Assembly: GCF_009914755.1 (NCBI RefSeq)
Contig: NC_060931.1
Source: the human T2T-CHM13v2.0 reference genome, Homo sapiens
DNA: 64,000 nt
Reading direction: 5' to 3' (one strand)
Below are positions 1-15,605 of this stretch, in pieces (positions within the stretch are counted from its first letter, which is position 1; every line of letters begins with the position of its first letter). Position numbers and translations under genes: made by a program. Under the pieces are notes generated by a model. It was given only the letters and a program-made list of their open reading frames with translations, was not told the DNA's origin and did not search any database.

Positions 1-26
1 AGAAAAAAAGGCAAAACATCAGTAAT
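1..26 (-). promoter_or_regulatory. PRKAG2: Probable branch point and polypyrimidine tract of the next PRKAG2 exon (acceptor just outside the window)
   Basis: Minus strand reads ttacTGATgttttgcctttttttct up to position 1. The AG itself is not visible. Confidence 0.55.
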
Positions 27-59
27 AATAAAGAATTCCCTCAATCGGATGAAGAGCAT

Positions 60-350
60 ATACGTAAACCTATCACTAACAGACTTAATGGTAAAATACG
101 AAATGTTTTCCCAGTATGATCAAGGGCCAGGCAAGGATGCTCACTCTCACTAATTCTATGAACACTATATTGGAGGTCCCAGATGGTGAAATAAGGCAAG
201 AGAAAAAAATGAAAGGCATACATGTTGAAAAGGAAAAAGCAAAACTGTCTTTATGTGCACACTGTATGATTTTCTACATAGGAAATACCAAAGAATCTAG
301 AAAAAGTTCCTAGATCTAAAAAGAATGAGTTTAGCAGGGTCATAGAATTA
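60..350 (+). mobile_element. Old L1M ORF2 (reverse transcriptase region) fragment
   Basis: Degenerate 'aggcaaggatgctcactctcac...ataaggcaagagaaaaaaatgaaaggcata' L1 ORF2 motifs. Confidence 0.7.
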
Positions 351-427
351 AATCAGGGTTAATAAAACAAAGACAAAGCTAATCGAATGGGGAAAAGTTG
401 GAAGCTTTCCCTTCAAGATCTGGAACA

Positions 428-593
428 AGGCCAGGTGCATTGGCTCACACCTGTAATCCCAGAACTCTGGGAGGCTGAGGTGGAAGGGTCACTTGAGCCC
501 AGGAGTTCGAGACCAGCCTGGGTGGCATAGCAAGACCCAGTTTCTACAAAACTAATAAAATAAAATAAAAATAAAAATAAAGGGGAAAAAAAA
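428..593 (+). mobile_element. Alu monomer (FLAM/AluJ-like)
   Basis: Left-arm Alu with A tail; degenerate TSD aagatctggaacaag / aagaccaggaacaag. Confidence 0.85.
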
Positions 594-1007
594 GACCAGG
601 AACAAGACAAGAATGCCTGCTGTTGCTACTCTGTTCAAGGTAGTACTGGAAGTCCTTGTCAGAGCAGTCAGGCAAGACAAAGAAATAAAAGGCATCCAAA
701 TATGGAAACAAGGAAGTTAAATTGTCCCTGTTTGCAGATGACATAATCTTATATATGGAAAACCCTAATGACTCCATCAAGAAACTGTCAAAACTAATAA
801 ATTCAGTAAAGTTACAAGATATAAACTCAACATAAAAAATCAGTAGCATTTCTATACACTAATAGACAACTATCCGAAATAGAAATAATAAAAGAATCCC
901 ATTTACAATAGCTACAAAAAAACAAAATACTCAGGAATTAATTTAACTCAGGAGGTGAAAGACCTCTAGAGTGAAAACTATAAAACACTGATGAAAGAAT
1001 TGAAGCA

Positions 1008-1312
1008 GACCAGGTGTGGTAGCACGCGCCTGTAATCCTAGCACTTTGGGAGGCTGAGGCAGGCAGATCACCTGAGGTCAGGAGTTTGAGACCAGCCTGG
1101 CCAATATGGAGAAACCCCGTCTCTACTAAAAATACAAAAATTAGCTGGGCATGGTGGCACAGGCCTGTAATCCCAGCTTCTCAGGAGGCTGAGGCACGAG
1201 AATTGCTTGAACCTGGGAGGCGGAGGTTGTAGTGGGCTGAGATTGCGGCACTGCACTCCAGCTTTGGTTACAAAGTGAGACTGTCAAAAAAATAAATAAA
1301 AATAAAAAAAAA
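1008..1312 (+). mobile_element. AluS
   Basis: Full dimer with TSD aagaattgaag. Confidence 0.92.
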
Positions 1313-3368
1313 GAGGAAGAATTGAAGAAGATACAAATAAAAGGGAAGATATCTTGTGTTCATGGATTGGAAGAATATTGTTAAAATGACCACACTATCC
1401 ACTGTGATCTACAGATTCAATGCAATGCCTATCAAAATACCAATTCTTCGCAGGACAAGAAAAAAAAAATCCTAACATTTGTATAGAACCACAAAGGACC
1501 CCAAATAGCCAAAAGAATTTTGAGCAAAAAGAACAAAGCTGAAGATATCACACTACCTGACTTCAAAATGTACTACAAAGCTATAATAACCAAAACAGCA
1601 TGAAGCTGGCATAAAAACAGACACACAGACAAAGAGAATTAGAAAGCCCAGAAATAAATCCACACATTACAGCCAAATGATTTTTGACAAAGGTTCCAAG
1701 AATACACACCGGGCAAAGGGTGGTCTCTTCCATAAATGGTGCTGGAAAACCTAGATATCCACATGCAGAAAAATGAAGCTGGACTCCTATCTCTCATCAG
1801 ATACAAAAATCAATGGAAAATAGATTAGAGACTGAAAATCTACGACCCAAACTACGAAACTACTAGAAGAAAACATAGGGGAAATGCTTCATGACTTTGG
1901 TCTGGGCAAATATTTTATGGATAAAGCCTCAAAAGCACATGGAACAAAAGCAAAAATGGACAAATGGGATTATATCAAACTAAAAAGCTTCTATCCTGCA
2001 AAGGAAATAATCAACAGAGTGAAGAGACAACCTACAGAATGAGAGAAAATATTTGCAAACTATACATCTGATAAAGGGTTAATATCCAAAACAGATTAGG
2101 AACTCAAACAACTCAACAGCAGGAAAAAAACCCCAAATAATCTGATTAAAAAATGGGCAAAAGAACTGAATACACATTTCTCAAAGAAGACATACAAATG
2201 GCCAACAGGTATATGAAAAAATGTCCACCATCGCTAGTCACTGGAGAAATGCAAATCAAAACCACAATGAGATATCACCTCACTCCAGTTAGAATGGCTA
2301 TTATAAACAAAACAAAACAAAACAAAAGATGAGTGTTGCTGAGGATGTGGACAAAAGGGAGCCCCCCCCCCCCGCTCTTTTATTGAACTATTGGTGGGAA
2401 TGAAATATAAATTAGTAGAGCCATTATAGAAAACAGTACAGAGGTTCCTCAAAAAATTAAAAATAGAATTACCCTATGATCCAGCAATCCCACTACCGGG
2501 TATATACCCAAAGGAAATGAAATCAGAGTGTTCATGACACATGTGCACTGCCATGTTGAGTGCAGCACTATTCACAACAGCCAAGACATGGAATCCACCT
2601 AAGTGTCGCCAAAAGATGAATGGATAAAGAAACGTGGTACCTATAAACAATGGAGTACTATTCAACCATAAAAAAGAATGAAATCCTGACATCTGTGAGC
2701 ACAGGATGAACCTAGAGGACACTGTGTTACATGAAATAAGCCAGGCGTGGAAAGACAAATACCATCCCATTCATCTGTGGAATCTAAACAAGCTGATCTC
2801 ACAGGAGTAGAAAGTAGAGAGTGGTTACCAGAGGCTGGGGAGGGAATGGGGTGGGGGTATGAGGAGAGGTTGGTCAGTTACAGTCAGACAGGAGGAATGC
2901 ATTCTGGTGTTCTATTGCACAGTGGGGTGACTATAGTTAACAATAACGTATTGTATAGTTCAAAATAGCTAGAAGGGAGGATTTTGAATGTTCCTGCCAT
3001 AAAGAAATGATACGTGTTTTAGGTGACAGATATACTAATTATCCTGATTTTATCAGTACACAATATATACATGTACTAAAACATCAAACTGTATCCCATA
3101 AATATGTACAATTATGTGTCAACCAAAAATAAAACTTAAAAAAAGGAAAAAAGTACAATAAAGCAAATGCAAATAGAAAAAAAAGGCTACTATATTTGTA
3201 TCTACTAACTCATTGTTAGCAGACAGAAATTTAAAAAAATTTTAAAGGTACTATTTACATAAATGCTGTATGGAAATACGGACTTACACAGGGAACAGAG
3301 AGCACTGAAAATGGTAACAATGTGGACAAATATACAAATGCTTTCAAAAATTATTTAAATCTCTCTAA

Positions 3369-3694
<326 letters not shown>

Positions 3695-4055
3695 CTAACT
3701 GACAATTTAAACAAAAATAATGACAATGTATTGTGGGGTTGATAGCACACTGATAAGGAAAAGGCAACACCGTCCAACCAATCATGGAAATCTAGGAGTC
3801 ACCCTTGCCAATGTCCTCTTGTCACCCTAACCAATTTATCACAATGCCTTGATTTTGCACCCCAGAACCCTCAAATCCACTCATTTCTCTGCCTCCATGG
3901 CCACCCCCTACATATCCTAACTTCCTCACCAATCCTTCTGCCCCCTGCATCTTCCACAGCTGTCCACACTGCATCCAGGAAGATTTTGCCAGATGCAAAT
4001 ATAATCTAATCCAGATGCTTTAGAATAAAGGCAAAACCCTTGAAGTCACCTAGAA

Positions 4056-4375
4056 CAGCAGTCCCTAGGACTGGTTTTGTGGAAGACAATTTTTCCACTG
4101 GGGGTGGTAGTGGGTGGTTTCAGGATGAAACTGTTCCACCTCAGATCATCAGGCACCAGATTCTCATCAGGAGCACACAACCTAGATCCCTCGTGGGCAC
4201 AGTTCACCATCGGGTTTGGACTCCTATGAGACACTAAAGCTGTCCCTAATCTGAGAGGATGCACAGCTCAGGCCATAATGCTGGCTCACCCGCCCCTTGC
4301 CTCCTGCTGTGCAGCCCATTTCCTAACAGGCCAGGGAACTGTACTGGTTCATGGCCCCAGGATTGGGGACCCCTG
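4056..4375 (+). mobile_element. MER1B-like hAT-Charlie MITE
   Basis: CAG...CTG termini, internal 'gaagacaatttttccac...aaactgttccacctcagatcatcaggca', and 8-bp TSD acctagaa / acctataa. Confidence 0.85.
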
Positions 4376-5384
4376 ACCTATAAGACCTGGGAGGCCTGGC
4401 CCCCGCCTACCTCCCTGCCTCTTGTATTAAACACTCCTGCTCCGTATTTTCTCCAACCCCCTATTTTTTTCCAGTCCTCCATCAGTGCTCTGCTGTCTCT
4501 TCCATGGGGCCTGACACTACTGCTTCCTCTGCCTGAAATACTTTCTCCGTCTGTTTGTGGCCCAGTGAACTCCTTCATTAGACCTTGGCTCAAGGATATG
4601 ACTGGTGAGTCATGGAACCTGAATTTGAACTTGAAGCCTCTGGATTCCAAAGCTGTGTTCTCAGCCAAGCTGATCCCCCTCCTTCCCTCGGCCCGCCACA
4701 ACTGCTTTCCCCGTTCTGCCGAAATCCTTCCCTATTTTCATGGGTCAGTCCAAATTATGCCATCTGCAAGAGACATCCTTGACAGCTCCATTCAGCCCAC
4801 ACCGATCTGTGCATTTTAGGAAGATCTGGACTACTTGGGAAATATCTGAGAAGAAAAACATGTAGTGTATAAGCTAATTAGCAAAACAAGTGTTAAACAA
4901 GTGATACTAACCAAGCTCTTTGGCTGTGGAAAGGAGCCCCACAATTTTGTATATTTCCTACTGTGGACATCCATGCAGCTGGTTTGCCAATTTCATGACA
5001 AATGATGTGGACCACTCTCAAGTCTATTTTCATTCTGACCTCTCTTTGGGATATTACAATTTATAATGCAGAGTTTTGTCACTGCAACTGCCTCCTGGAT
5101 ATTTCTCTCTCAAATGTCTCCCTCCTGATGTGGAATAAATTCCAGACGTCTCCTGTCTCATTCATGCATCTCCACATCTGGCTTCTCCGCAGCCTTATTT
5201 CCCAGCTCCTGGTTTCATGTCTAAGCAAACGGTCTCCCTGTCAGTCTCCTGTAGCCTTTGACCTCTCCCTTCTTGCCCTTGTTCACTCACTTGCCTTAAA
5301 CGTCCTCCTCCTTGACTTTTCCTTGTTCAATTTCAATCCAACCTCAACGGACATCTTTTCCCACAAAAGAAGTGAACGTCTGAG

Positions 5385-5575
5385 TGCTCATTACGGACCA
5401 GGTACTGCAATAAATCACCTCACTTAACTGATGTGACAACCTCGAGGAATACAGCTTCATTTTTTCATTTTACCTCTGAGGAAACCGAGGCTAGGAGAAG
5501 CTGCGTCACTTGCCCCAAATCAGACGGTGAAGTAGTGACCCAAGCGGGATTTGAAGCTCTGTCCCAGGCTCCAGT
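5385..5575 (-). mobile_element. MIR
   Basis: MIR core 'cattttacctctgaggaaaccgaggctaggagaag...cacttgcccca'. Confidence 0.7.
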
Positions 5576-7212
5576 AGCTCCTTATTAAACTCACTTCCCT
5601 CACTCAACGGTGCGCTCATCTGAGCGCACCTGGGGAGGACCCCTGTGTCCTGGGCCCTGTCCTGGGGTTACCCACAGGGGGACACAATGACCGGTTATCC
5701 ATCCTCAAAGCTTATGCATCAGCCCAGGGTGAGCACTGGATCACCTGAGAACACACAGGTGGGTCACCAACCCTGACCTGGAAAGGGTAAGGAAATCTAA
5801 AATGACTTCTTCCCCTGAACGCCAACAGCATTTTACTTCTGTCTCATCAGTTATTACCTTCTATCTCGTTAACAGTGACTGTGTATTTCTAATATTTTTT
5901 TCCTTCCTGGGTGATAATTTATTTGAATGATCAGTATCTTACTCAAGTAATCCATACATTAATTCAGTCTATAAATATTTATTGCATATTGTCTAGTGTG
6001 CATTCCTCCCAAAGCTGATCCTGAGACCATGGAAAGTTAGGGGAGGAAAAATTCAAAAGAAAGGGTGCCCAGTAAGCAGGTTATACCTTCGTGACCCTGG
6101 AGTGAAGCTATGAGGGAGGATGCTCTGAGGCTGTACAGACCTCAGAACTGTCTCGTGGGAGGACCACTCCTGCCCTGCCTGGGTTCCAGGTAATTCCTGG
6201 GACATCACCCCCGTCATTTCTACCCACAAGCCCAGTTGCCAAAGAATGTCCTGGGGCAGAGATGTTGAAATATGAGAACTTGGATGAGACAGGATTCTGG
6301 TGAGGCACCCGCAGCATCCACTGTGCGAGAGGCGGGGATGCCGCAGGGAAGACAACAAACACAACCCTTGTCCTTACAGACACTGCAAACCAATGGAGGG
6401 GACAGTGACTGTCATCACACTGCCACCAGCACTACCAAGGACAAGCTCGGGGTTCGTGAATGAATAGCAGCGGCTGTCAGGGAGGGAACGGATGGACAGA
6501 TGAAGTTTCAGTTGGTGTGCTCCCATGTTTCTCAAAACACTGATAGACTAGACAGTGAGGGCCCTGCTTAAGAAAGGCCTGAAACAGCAAGCTCTCATGA
6601 GAGCGGCACAGAGAGATCTGGTCCGTGTCCGCCATCGCTGCTAAGGATGACGCTCCTCGCGCAGCCGCATGCGCAGTCTCCTCATGCCTACTGAGTGTGG
6701 AATTGGCGCAAAACAAAAGCCAAAGATCAGGGCAGTCAAGCATACATTCAGCCAGTATTTAAGTTACAAATTGCCTGCCAAATCTAACATCCTAAAATTC
6801 AAAAGCAAGAAATCAAGAGGGAGGCTAAGTATAGTAAAATGTAACAAACCATCTCCCAGAAAGGAAATCTCAGAAGATAATTTTGTTCATTCATTAAATC
6901 AAGAATTTTCATAAAAGAGGTACACATATTATAGACATATTATACATGTTAGTATTACTATATGAATATGTGAAATAATTGAAAATAATATAGGGCAGGA
7001 ATGTTCAAACTTACAGAATTTTTGAAAATCTGTAAGTTTGGTGTTAGATTATATTTTTAATATACCATTTTAATGTGTTGATTTCTAAATTATTTCAATG
7101 AACATTGTATTTTGAATAAATATATGTTCCAGATTTACAAAAAAGTTGCAAAGCTGGAACAGTTCCTATATACTCCATATCAGGTTCCCCCAAGTTTATC
7201 ATCTTACGTTAT

Positions 7213-7576
7213 TGATATGGTTTGGCTTCGTGTCCCCACCCAAATCTCATCTTGAATTGTAGTTCCCATAATCCCCACGTGCCAAGGGCAGGACCTGCTG
7301 GGAGGTGATTGGATCATGGGGGCAGTTTCCTCCATGCTGTTCTTGTGATAGTGCCTGAGTTTTCAGGAGATCTGAGAGTTTTATAAGGCAGTTTTCTCTG
7401 CCCTCGCTCTCTCTGTTGCCTGCTACCACGAAAGACGTGCCTCTTCCCGTTCAGCCATGATTGTAAGTTTCCTGAGGCCCCTCCAGCCATGCAGAACTGT
7501 GAGTCAATTAAACCGCTTTCCTTTATAAATTACCCACCCAGTCTCAGGTAGCCTATTTAAAGCAGTGTGAGAACAC
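7213..7576 (+). mobile_element. THE1-type MaLR solo LTR (3' terminus clipped)
   Basis: Starts 'tgatatggtttggc..gtgtccccacccaaatctcatcttgaattgtag' and contains 'aattaaacc..ctttataaattaccca'. Confidence 0.85.
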
Positions 7577-7620
7577 ACGGTTTTTCTCAGTCTTTGGGTT
7601 ACACAGTTTCATTCTCATCA

Positions 7621-8190
7621 TCACACGGAGGCACCCGCTCCATACTCACCACACACGGAGGCACACGCTCCATACTCACCGCACACGGAGGGACACGCTC
7701 CGTCCTCACCGCACACGGAGGGACACGCTCCGTCCTCACCGCACACGGAGGGACACGCTCCGTCCTCACCGCACACGGAGGGACACGCTCCGTCCTCACC
7801 GCACACGGAGGGACACGCTCCGTCCTCACCGCACACGGAGGGACACGCTCCGTCCTCACCGCACACGGAGGGACACGCTCCGTCCTCACCGCACACGGAG
7901 GCACCCGCTCCGTCCTCACCGCACACGGAGGGACACGCTCCGTCCTCACCGCACACGGAGGGACACGCTCCATCCTCACCGCACACGGAGGGACACGCTC
8001 CGTCCTCACCGCACACGGAGGCACCCGCTCCGTCCTCACCGCACACGGAGGGACACGCTCCGTCCTCACCGCACACGGAGGCACCCGCTCCGTCCTCACC
8101 GCACACGGAGGGACACGCTCCGTCCTCACCGCACACGGAGGGACACGCTCCGTCCTCACCGCACACGGAGGGACCCGCTCCGTCCTCATC
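7621..8190. repeat. 30-bp VNTR, 19 copies (GCACACGGAGGGACACGCTCCGTCCTCACC)
   Basis: Exact 30-bp periodicity over 570 bp with near-identical units. It explains the three repetitive ORFs in the track. Confidence 0.98.
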
Positions 8191-8510
8191 ATCATACTGA
8201 GGGTACACATGCCTTCTCATCCCATCCTATCCAGGGTGCCTAAAATCAACGTGACTCATCACCTTAATCACCTGAGTGAAGTCATATTTGTCAGGTTTCT
8301 CCAAGTAGAGGTACTCTTTCCCTCCTCCTTTATGTACTGTAATCTTTTTAAGAAGGTCACTAGGACCCCTCACTTAATGGCAAGGAGTTATGCCCTACCT
8401 CCTTGTTTAAAATAATTATGTACAGGAGAGTTATTTATTTATCTGATCATTTATTCATATCAGTGTAGACTCATGGATATTTACTTCAACCTAGGTATAA
8501 TCCAATCCTA
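8191..8510 (-). mobile_element. L1MC-type 3' region fragment (related pieces at about 7095-7212 and 9215-9500)
   Basis: 'caccttaatcacctgagtgaagtcatatttgtcaggtttctcca' resembles the L1MC4/5 (MER42) 3'UTR as I recall it. Confidence 0.65.
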
Positions 8511-8896
8511 GGTTAGGAGCGGTCAGAGGCTGTGCCCCAGCCAGTCAGGCACCCACCTGTGGCTGATGGACTGGTGGGTGGCTTGTGGAGCCCTCTCCTA
8601 GTTAAGACAGTTTCCAAGCCTGCCATGGCTTAGACTTTCTGGCAGGTCCTCCAGCACTGCCTTCACACACAGGCAGCCCCCTAGTTGGCTGGGGAGCTGT
8701 GGGAGTGTGGCTTGGTGCTCCCTGCGTGGGCTTCCTCCGTCATCCAGGGAGGTGTGCAGAGCTGGGCTCTCCTGCCTCTGTCCTGCATGCACACAGCCTC
8801 CAGGGCAGCTGGAAATGTGTTTCCCCATCATCAACATCTTGCATTAGCATGGTGCAGCGGTTATAGTTAAGCAGCCAAGAAAATCATAATGAATGT

Positions 8897-9208
8897 GTCT
8901 AGGTACAGTGGCTCCCACCTGTAATTCCAGCACTTTGGGAGGCCGAGGCAGGAGGAGCCCTGGAGGCTAGGAGTTTGAGACCAGCCTGGGCAACATAGTG
9001 AGATCCCGTTTCTACAAAACATAAAAAAAATTAGCCAGGTGTGGTGGTGCACACCTATGGCCCCAGCCTACTCAGGAGGCTGAGGTGGGAGGGTCTCTTG
9101 AGCCAGGAGGTTGAGGCTGCAGTGAGCTGTGATTGTGCTACTGCCCTCCAGCCTGGGTGACAGAGCAAGACTCTGTCACATACACATACACACACACATA
9201 CACACACA
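8897..9208 (+). mobile_element. AluJ with a (CA)n-converted tail
   Basis: Alu dimer followed by a CA microsatellite at 9177-9208. Confidence 0.88.
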
Positions 9209-9473
9209 CCCCAACAATGTATTAACAAAAGTCTCCACATTATTCAGATTTCCTTATTTTTTCCTTAATGCCCTGTGTCTGTCTCACGATCCCGTCCAGG
9301 ATTCCACATGATGGTCGGGAGCATCTCCTCGGGCTCCTCCTGGCTGCGACAGTTTCTCAGACCCTCCTTGTTGTGATGGCCTTGGAAGCTTTGAAGTTCT
9401 GATGAGGCACTTTGGAGGATGCCCATTGGCTGGAAGAGGTCTCATGCTTTTCTCAAGATTAGAACCTCTGTAA

Positions 9474-9858
<385 letters not shown>

Positions 9859-9994
9859 GTAAAAGGTTAAATATTTAAAATAAATTATAATAAACCCTCT
9901 TTGAATGTGTAAAACCAGTTAAAAATAATTTTAAAAACAAAAATAAAATTTATAATAAAATTTCTTTAAAAAATTTTTTTAAATTAAATTTTAT

Positions 9995-10600
<606 letters not shown>

Positions 10601-10617
10601 ATAATAATTAATTTTAA

Positions 10618-10782
<165 letters not shown>

Positions 10783-11057
10783 TAATAAAACAACATCAAT
10801 CACAACAAAAGTATAAGCTTTTTAAGCTAGGAAAATACAGTAAAATATAAAACGTTCCTTTTTAATGTCGCTTTTCTACTTTTAGTATAAACTTTACGAT
10901 TATAGGTGGCACCATCTGTGTTAGTTACATTATGGTGAAGTCTCACATTGTACTTGGAGGAAGAAATAAATTGAAACAGAGTGAAAATGAGTGTAATTTG
11001 GAGTTATACAACAACAACAACAAAACCCACCCAAATTGTTCAACAACAGGCTGTTTA

Positions 11058-11435
<378 letters not shown>

Positions 11436-12395
11436 CTAACTGAGGTTAAGATATTAACACAATGCTCCCTTCTTGCTTTTGATATTTTCAGTGTTATAGG
11501 ATAGAAGCATAATTACAGAGTATCACACTGGGACTTGAGTTACTGCTCTACAAAAGGAAGAAACCTGTTTGCAGACTGATGTTAAATCTCACTACTCTTT
11601 AAACAGATGCCAACCCAACATTATTATGCAAGGGAGTTGCTAAAGAAGAATATGAGTAAGTAGCAAGTTTATATTAAAGTGTTTAATTCATAAAGGTTAA
11701 TAACAAACTTTTACAAATGCAACATCTAAGTTTAAATGCAAGCAATTATAAACACTAAATTGAAATATTGGAAGTATTTCTCCTATTAAAAACAAATCTG
11801 ATTACATAATATGCTTGTTTGGTACCTTTGTTTGTTTTTTTGAGACAGGGTCTCACTCTGCCACCCAGGATGGACTGCAGTGGTGCGATCATGGCTCACT
11901 GCAGCCTTGAACTCTCAGGCTCAAGCAATCCTAGCAGCTGAGACTACAGATGCCTGCCATTACATCTGGCTAACTTTTTTATTCTGTATTTTTTTTTTTG
12001 TAGTGATGGGGTCTCACTATGTTGACCAGGCTGGTCTTGCACTTTTGGCCTCAAGCCTCAGCCTTCCAAAGCACTGTGGTTATAAGCATGAGTCACTGTG
12101 CCTGGCTGCTCGTGTCCTCCCTACCTACACAATATACCCTGTATCATTCAAGGTTCTAGAACTCGAACTCTAACCTACCTTTCCAGCCTCATCTCCTATC
12201 ACATCCCCTAGGAATCTCATCTCTAGGATCATTTCAACATATCCTTTTCAAAGGAAGGGTTTGAACTTTGGGAAATCCAGTTTTGAGAATGCGTTCCTCA
12301 TGCTTCTGTTCTGTGCCTCTGCACACACTATTCTTTCTTCCTCAACAGTGCCTTCCCTGTTCTCCTATGGTCACCTGACATCCTGCTTGCCTTTC

Positions 12396-12856
12396 TGCAG
12401 TGGGCTGAACAGTGGCCTCCGCAAAAAGACAGGTCCACTGGAAACATCAGAATGAGACCTTATTTGCAATAAGGGTCTCTGCAGATGTAACTAAGGTGAG
12501 GATCTGGAGATGAGGTTATCCCGGATTAGGGTGGGCCCTAAATCCAATGACAAGTGTCCTTATAAGAGAGAGAGAGAAGATGCAGCGCGGCACGGAGGGG
12601 AGGGCCACGTGAAGACAGGTGGAGGCTGGGGCGACGCAGCGACAAGCCAAGGATGCCAAGGACTGCCGGCAACAGCAGGAGCTGAGGGCAGCGTGGGGCG
12701 GATTCTCCCTCAGCCTCCAGAAGGAACCACCCCTGCTGAGGACTTAGGAACCAACCCTGCTGATGACTTACTCCAGACTTCTGGCCTCCAGAACTACAAG
12801 GAAATAAACTTCTGTTGTCTAAGCCACCAAGTTGTGGCATCCTGGGAAACTAATAG
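12396..12856 (+). mobile_element. MLT1 (B/C-like) MaLR solo LTR
   Basis: 'gaccttatttgcaataagggtctctgcagatgtaa...ccctaaatccaatgacaagtgtccttataaga...ataaacttctgttgtctaagccacc'. Confidence 0.85.
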
Positions 12857-14635
12857 GCCTTCAAAGTTCAGTTCAAAGGCTACTTCCTCCCATAAAACCT
12901 TCCCTTTGAGCCCCTCAGGTCGGAATTAACTGCTCCAGTTTTGACATGCCTGTTAATGCTTCGTGAGTCACACACACCTTGTACTGAAGTTACAGGTCTG
13001 TTCTTCCCTTAGACATGCGCACCGGGGGGCAGCAGTGGACGTCCCTTGCTCTTCTCTATAATCCAGGCCCCTGGAAGGTTCATTGTAGATATCAGGCATG
13101 AGTTAATGCCTGGTATCTTGCAAGTCACTGAAGAAGCACAGATCAAATTTGAGAGGGGCAAGTACGGATCTGAGATGACTATATTGTGTTCCTGACCTCA
13201 GAGAGGAAATGTCAGCAAATGAAGCACGCAGGTTTAAAAGAACACTGGTGAATCTAGATTTAATAACCAGTATAAAAAAACAAAACAAAACAAAAACCTT
13301 TATATACCTTTATAAGATTAAAGGATTACCTTTATATTCCTTTATAAGATTAAAGGATTAGACATGGATTTTTTTTTTTTGTAAGAGAAATAATGCACCT
13401 ATGAAAGTGCCTCATGTGATTTTTTTCTCTTTCTTTCTTTCTTTTTTGTTCAAGATGGGGTCGCACACTATGTTGCCCAGCCTGGCCTCAAACTCCTTGG
13501 TTCAAGGGATTCTCCCACCTCAGCCTCCCACATAGCTGGGACTATAGGCATACACCACTGCAATTTTTGTTTTTTTAAGTGAAACAGCATTGATCTAAAT
13601 AAAGCTTTAACATGTTTACAAGTATATTTTATATTGAAGCTATTTTCTAATTCTATTAGACAAAAAAATGCAGTTGAATTGAATAAGATTGCAGAAGACC
13701 TTCAAATGTTCATTCTACCATACACATTTTAAAAACACCTGCAAATACAGCAAACAACTGGACAAGTATGTTTCAGAGATAAGCACTACAGTCATCAATT
13801 ACTTTTTCTGAAACCCATTTACACAGAATTTTAATTTAGAAAGAATTTATATAAAAAAAATGTGTTGTAAGACGGTGTAATTCTTTGGTCTTCTTGGCCT
13901 CAATTCTATGAAAATGAACAAGACAGACTATCACTAATCATTTATTAGTCAGGCAAAAATACTAAAGGATAATTTAACAGACACATACCAGTATGAAATT
14001 CATTTTACTTATACACCTTAATCAAACTAAGAGCAGGATAGTGACTCAAAATGGATTTCAACGTGTCCTATTTATAAAAATAACAACTGCTAAAATAATC
14101 CACTACTAACCAGACAGTTACCATCAATCTGCCCGTCCCAGGTTCTCTCCCCACTGATACTGGCAACACCCACACAGTGAGGGAATAGACGCCCCGAGAA
14201 GCAGAGCGTGAGGACTCACTTCCCACCCTCAAGTTCCACACTTCTTTTGGTCCAGTCCTGGAACTCTTGTTTAGTCTAGAAGGAGGATTGTCCCATCACT
14301 CCTGGGAATGGTTACTCCAATTTCAGAAGGGGTTGGCCTCAACTAGAAAAGGAAGCTTCTAACGTGAGAAGAAAAGAAGACCTTCTGAGAAAACAGTCCA
14401 GGCTTAGCGGTTCCGTGCCCACCATTTGGGGCTCCCTCACCACACGATCTGGGTGACTGACTGCAGACACACCTCTCCTGCCATGAGCAGCACGAACTTG
14501 CTGACCTAGTCCTATCACCTGTGTAGCTGGCTCTACCCCGGAGGCTGCCAACACCACCTTTATCTCATGCTCCACATTTTAATATGTCAACATACACAGG
14601 GACTGCTGCTTACTTTCCAGACTATAAGAACCTTA

Positions 14636-15245
<610 letters not shown>

Positions 15246-15270
15246 TTAGTGTGTTAGCATATTATAAATA

Positions 15271-15605
<335 letters not shown>

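Larger units (their letters stand above)
380..3145 (+). mobile_element. L1MA-type LINE-1 (3' part of ORF2, 3'UTR and A tail), interrupted by two Alus
   Basis: Continuous degenerate ORF2, including 'tttgcagatgacataatc' (FADD motif), ending in an L1MA-like 3' end 'cccataaatatgtacaattatgtgtcaaccaaaaataaaa'. Confidence 0.9.

Noticed and set aside
7621-8190. CRISPR-like array (30-bp repeats with a hairpin)
   Set aside because: There are no unique spacers and no cas genes, and this is a primate intron; it is a plain tandem repeat.
7567-8415. 282-, 203- and 199-aa ORFs with decapeptide repeats (HGGTRSVLTA, RVPPCAVRTE, CPSVCGEDGA)
   Set aside because: They result from a stop-free 30-bp VNTR. There is no splice or promoter support, and the Cys-rich pattern is coincidental.
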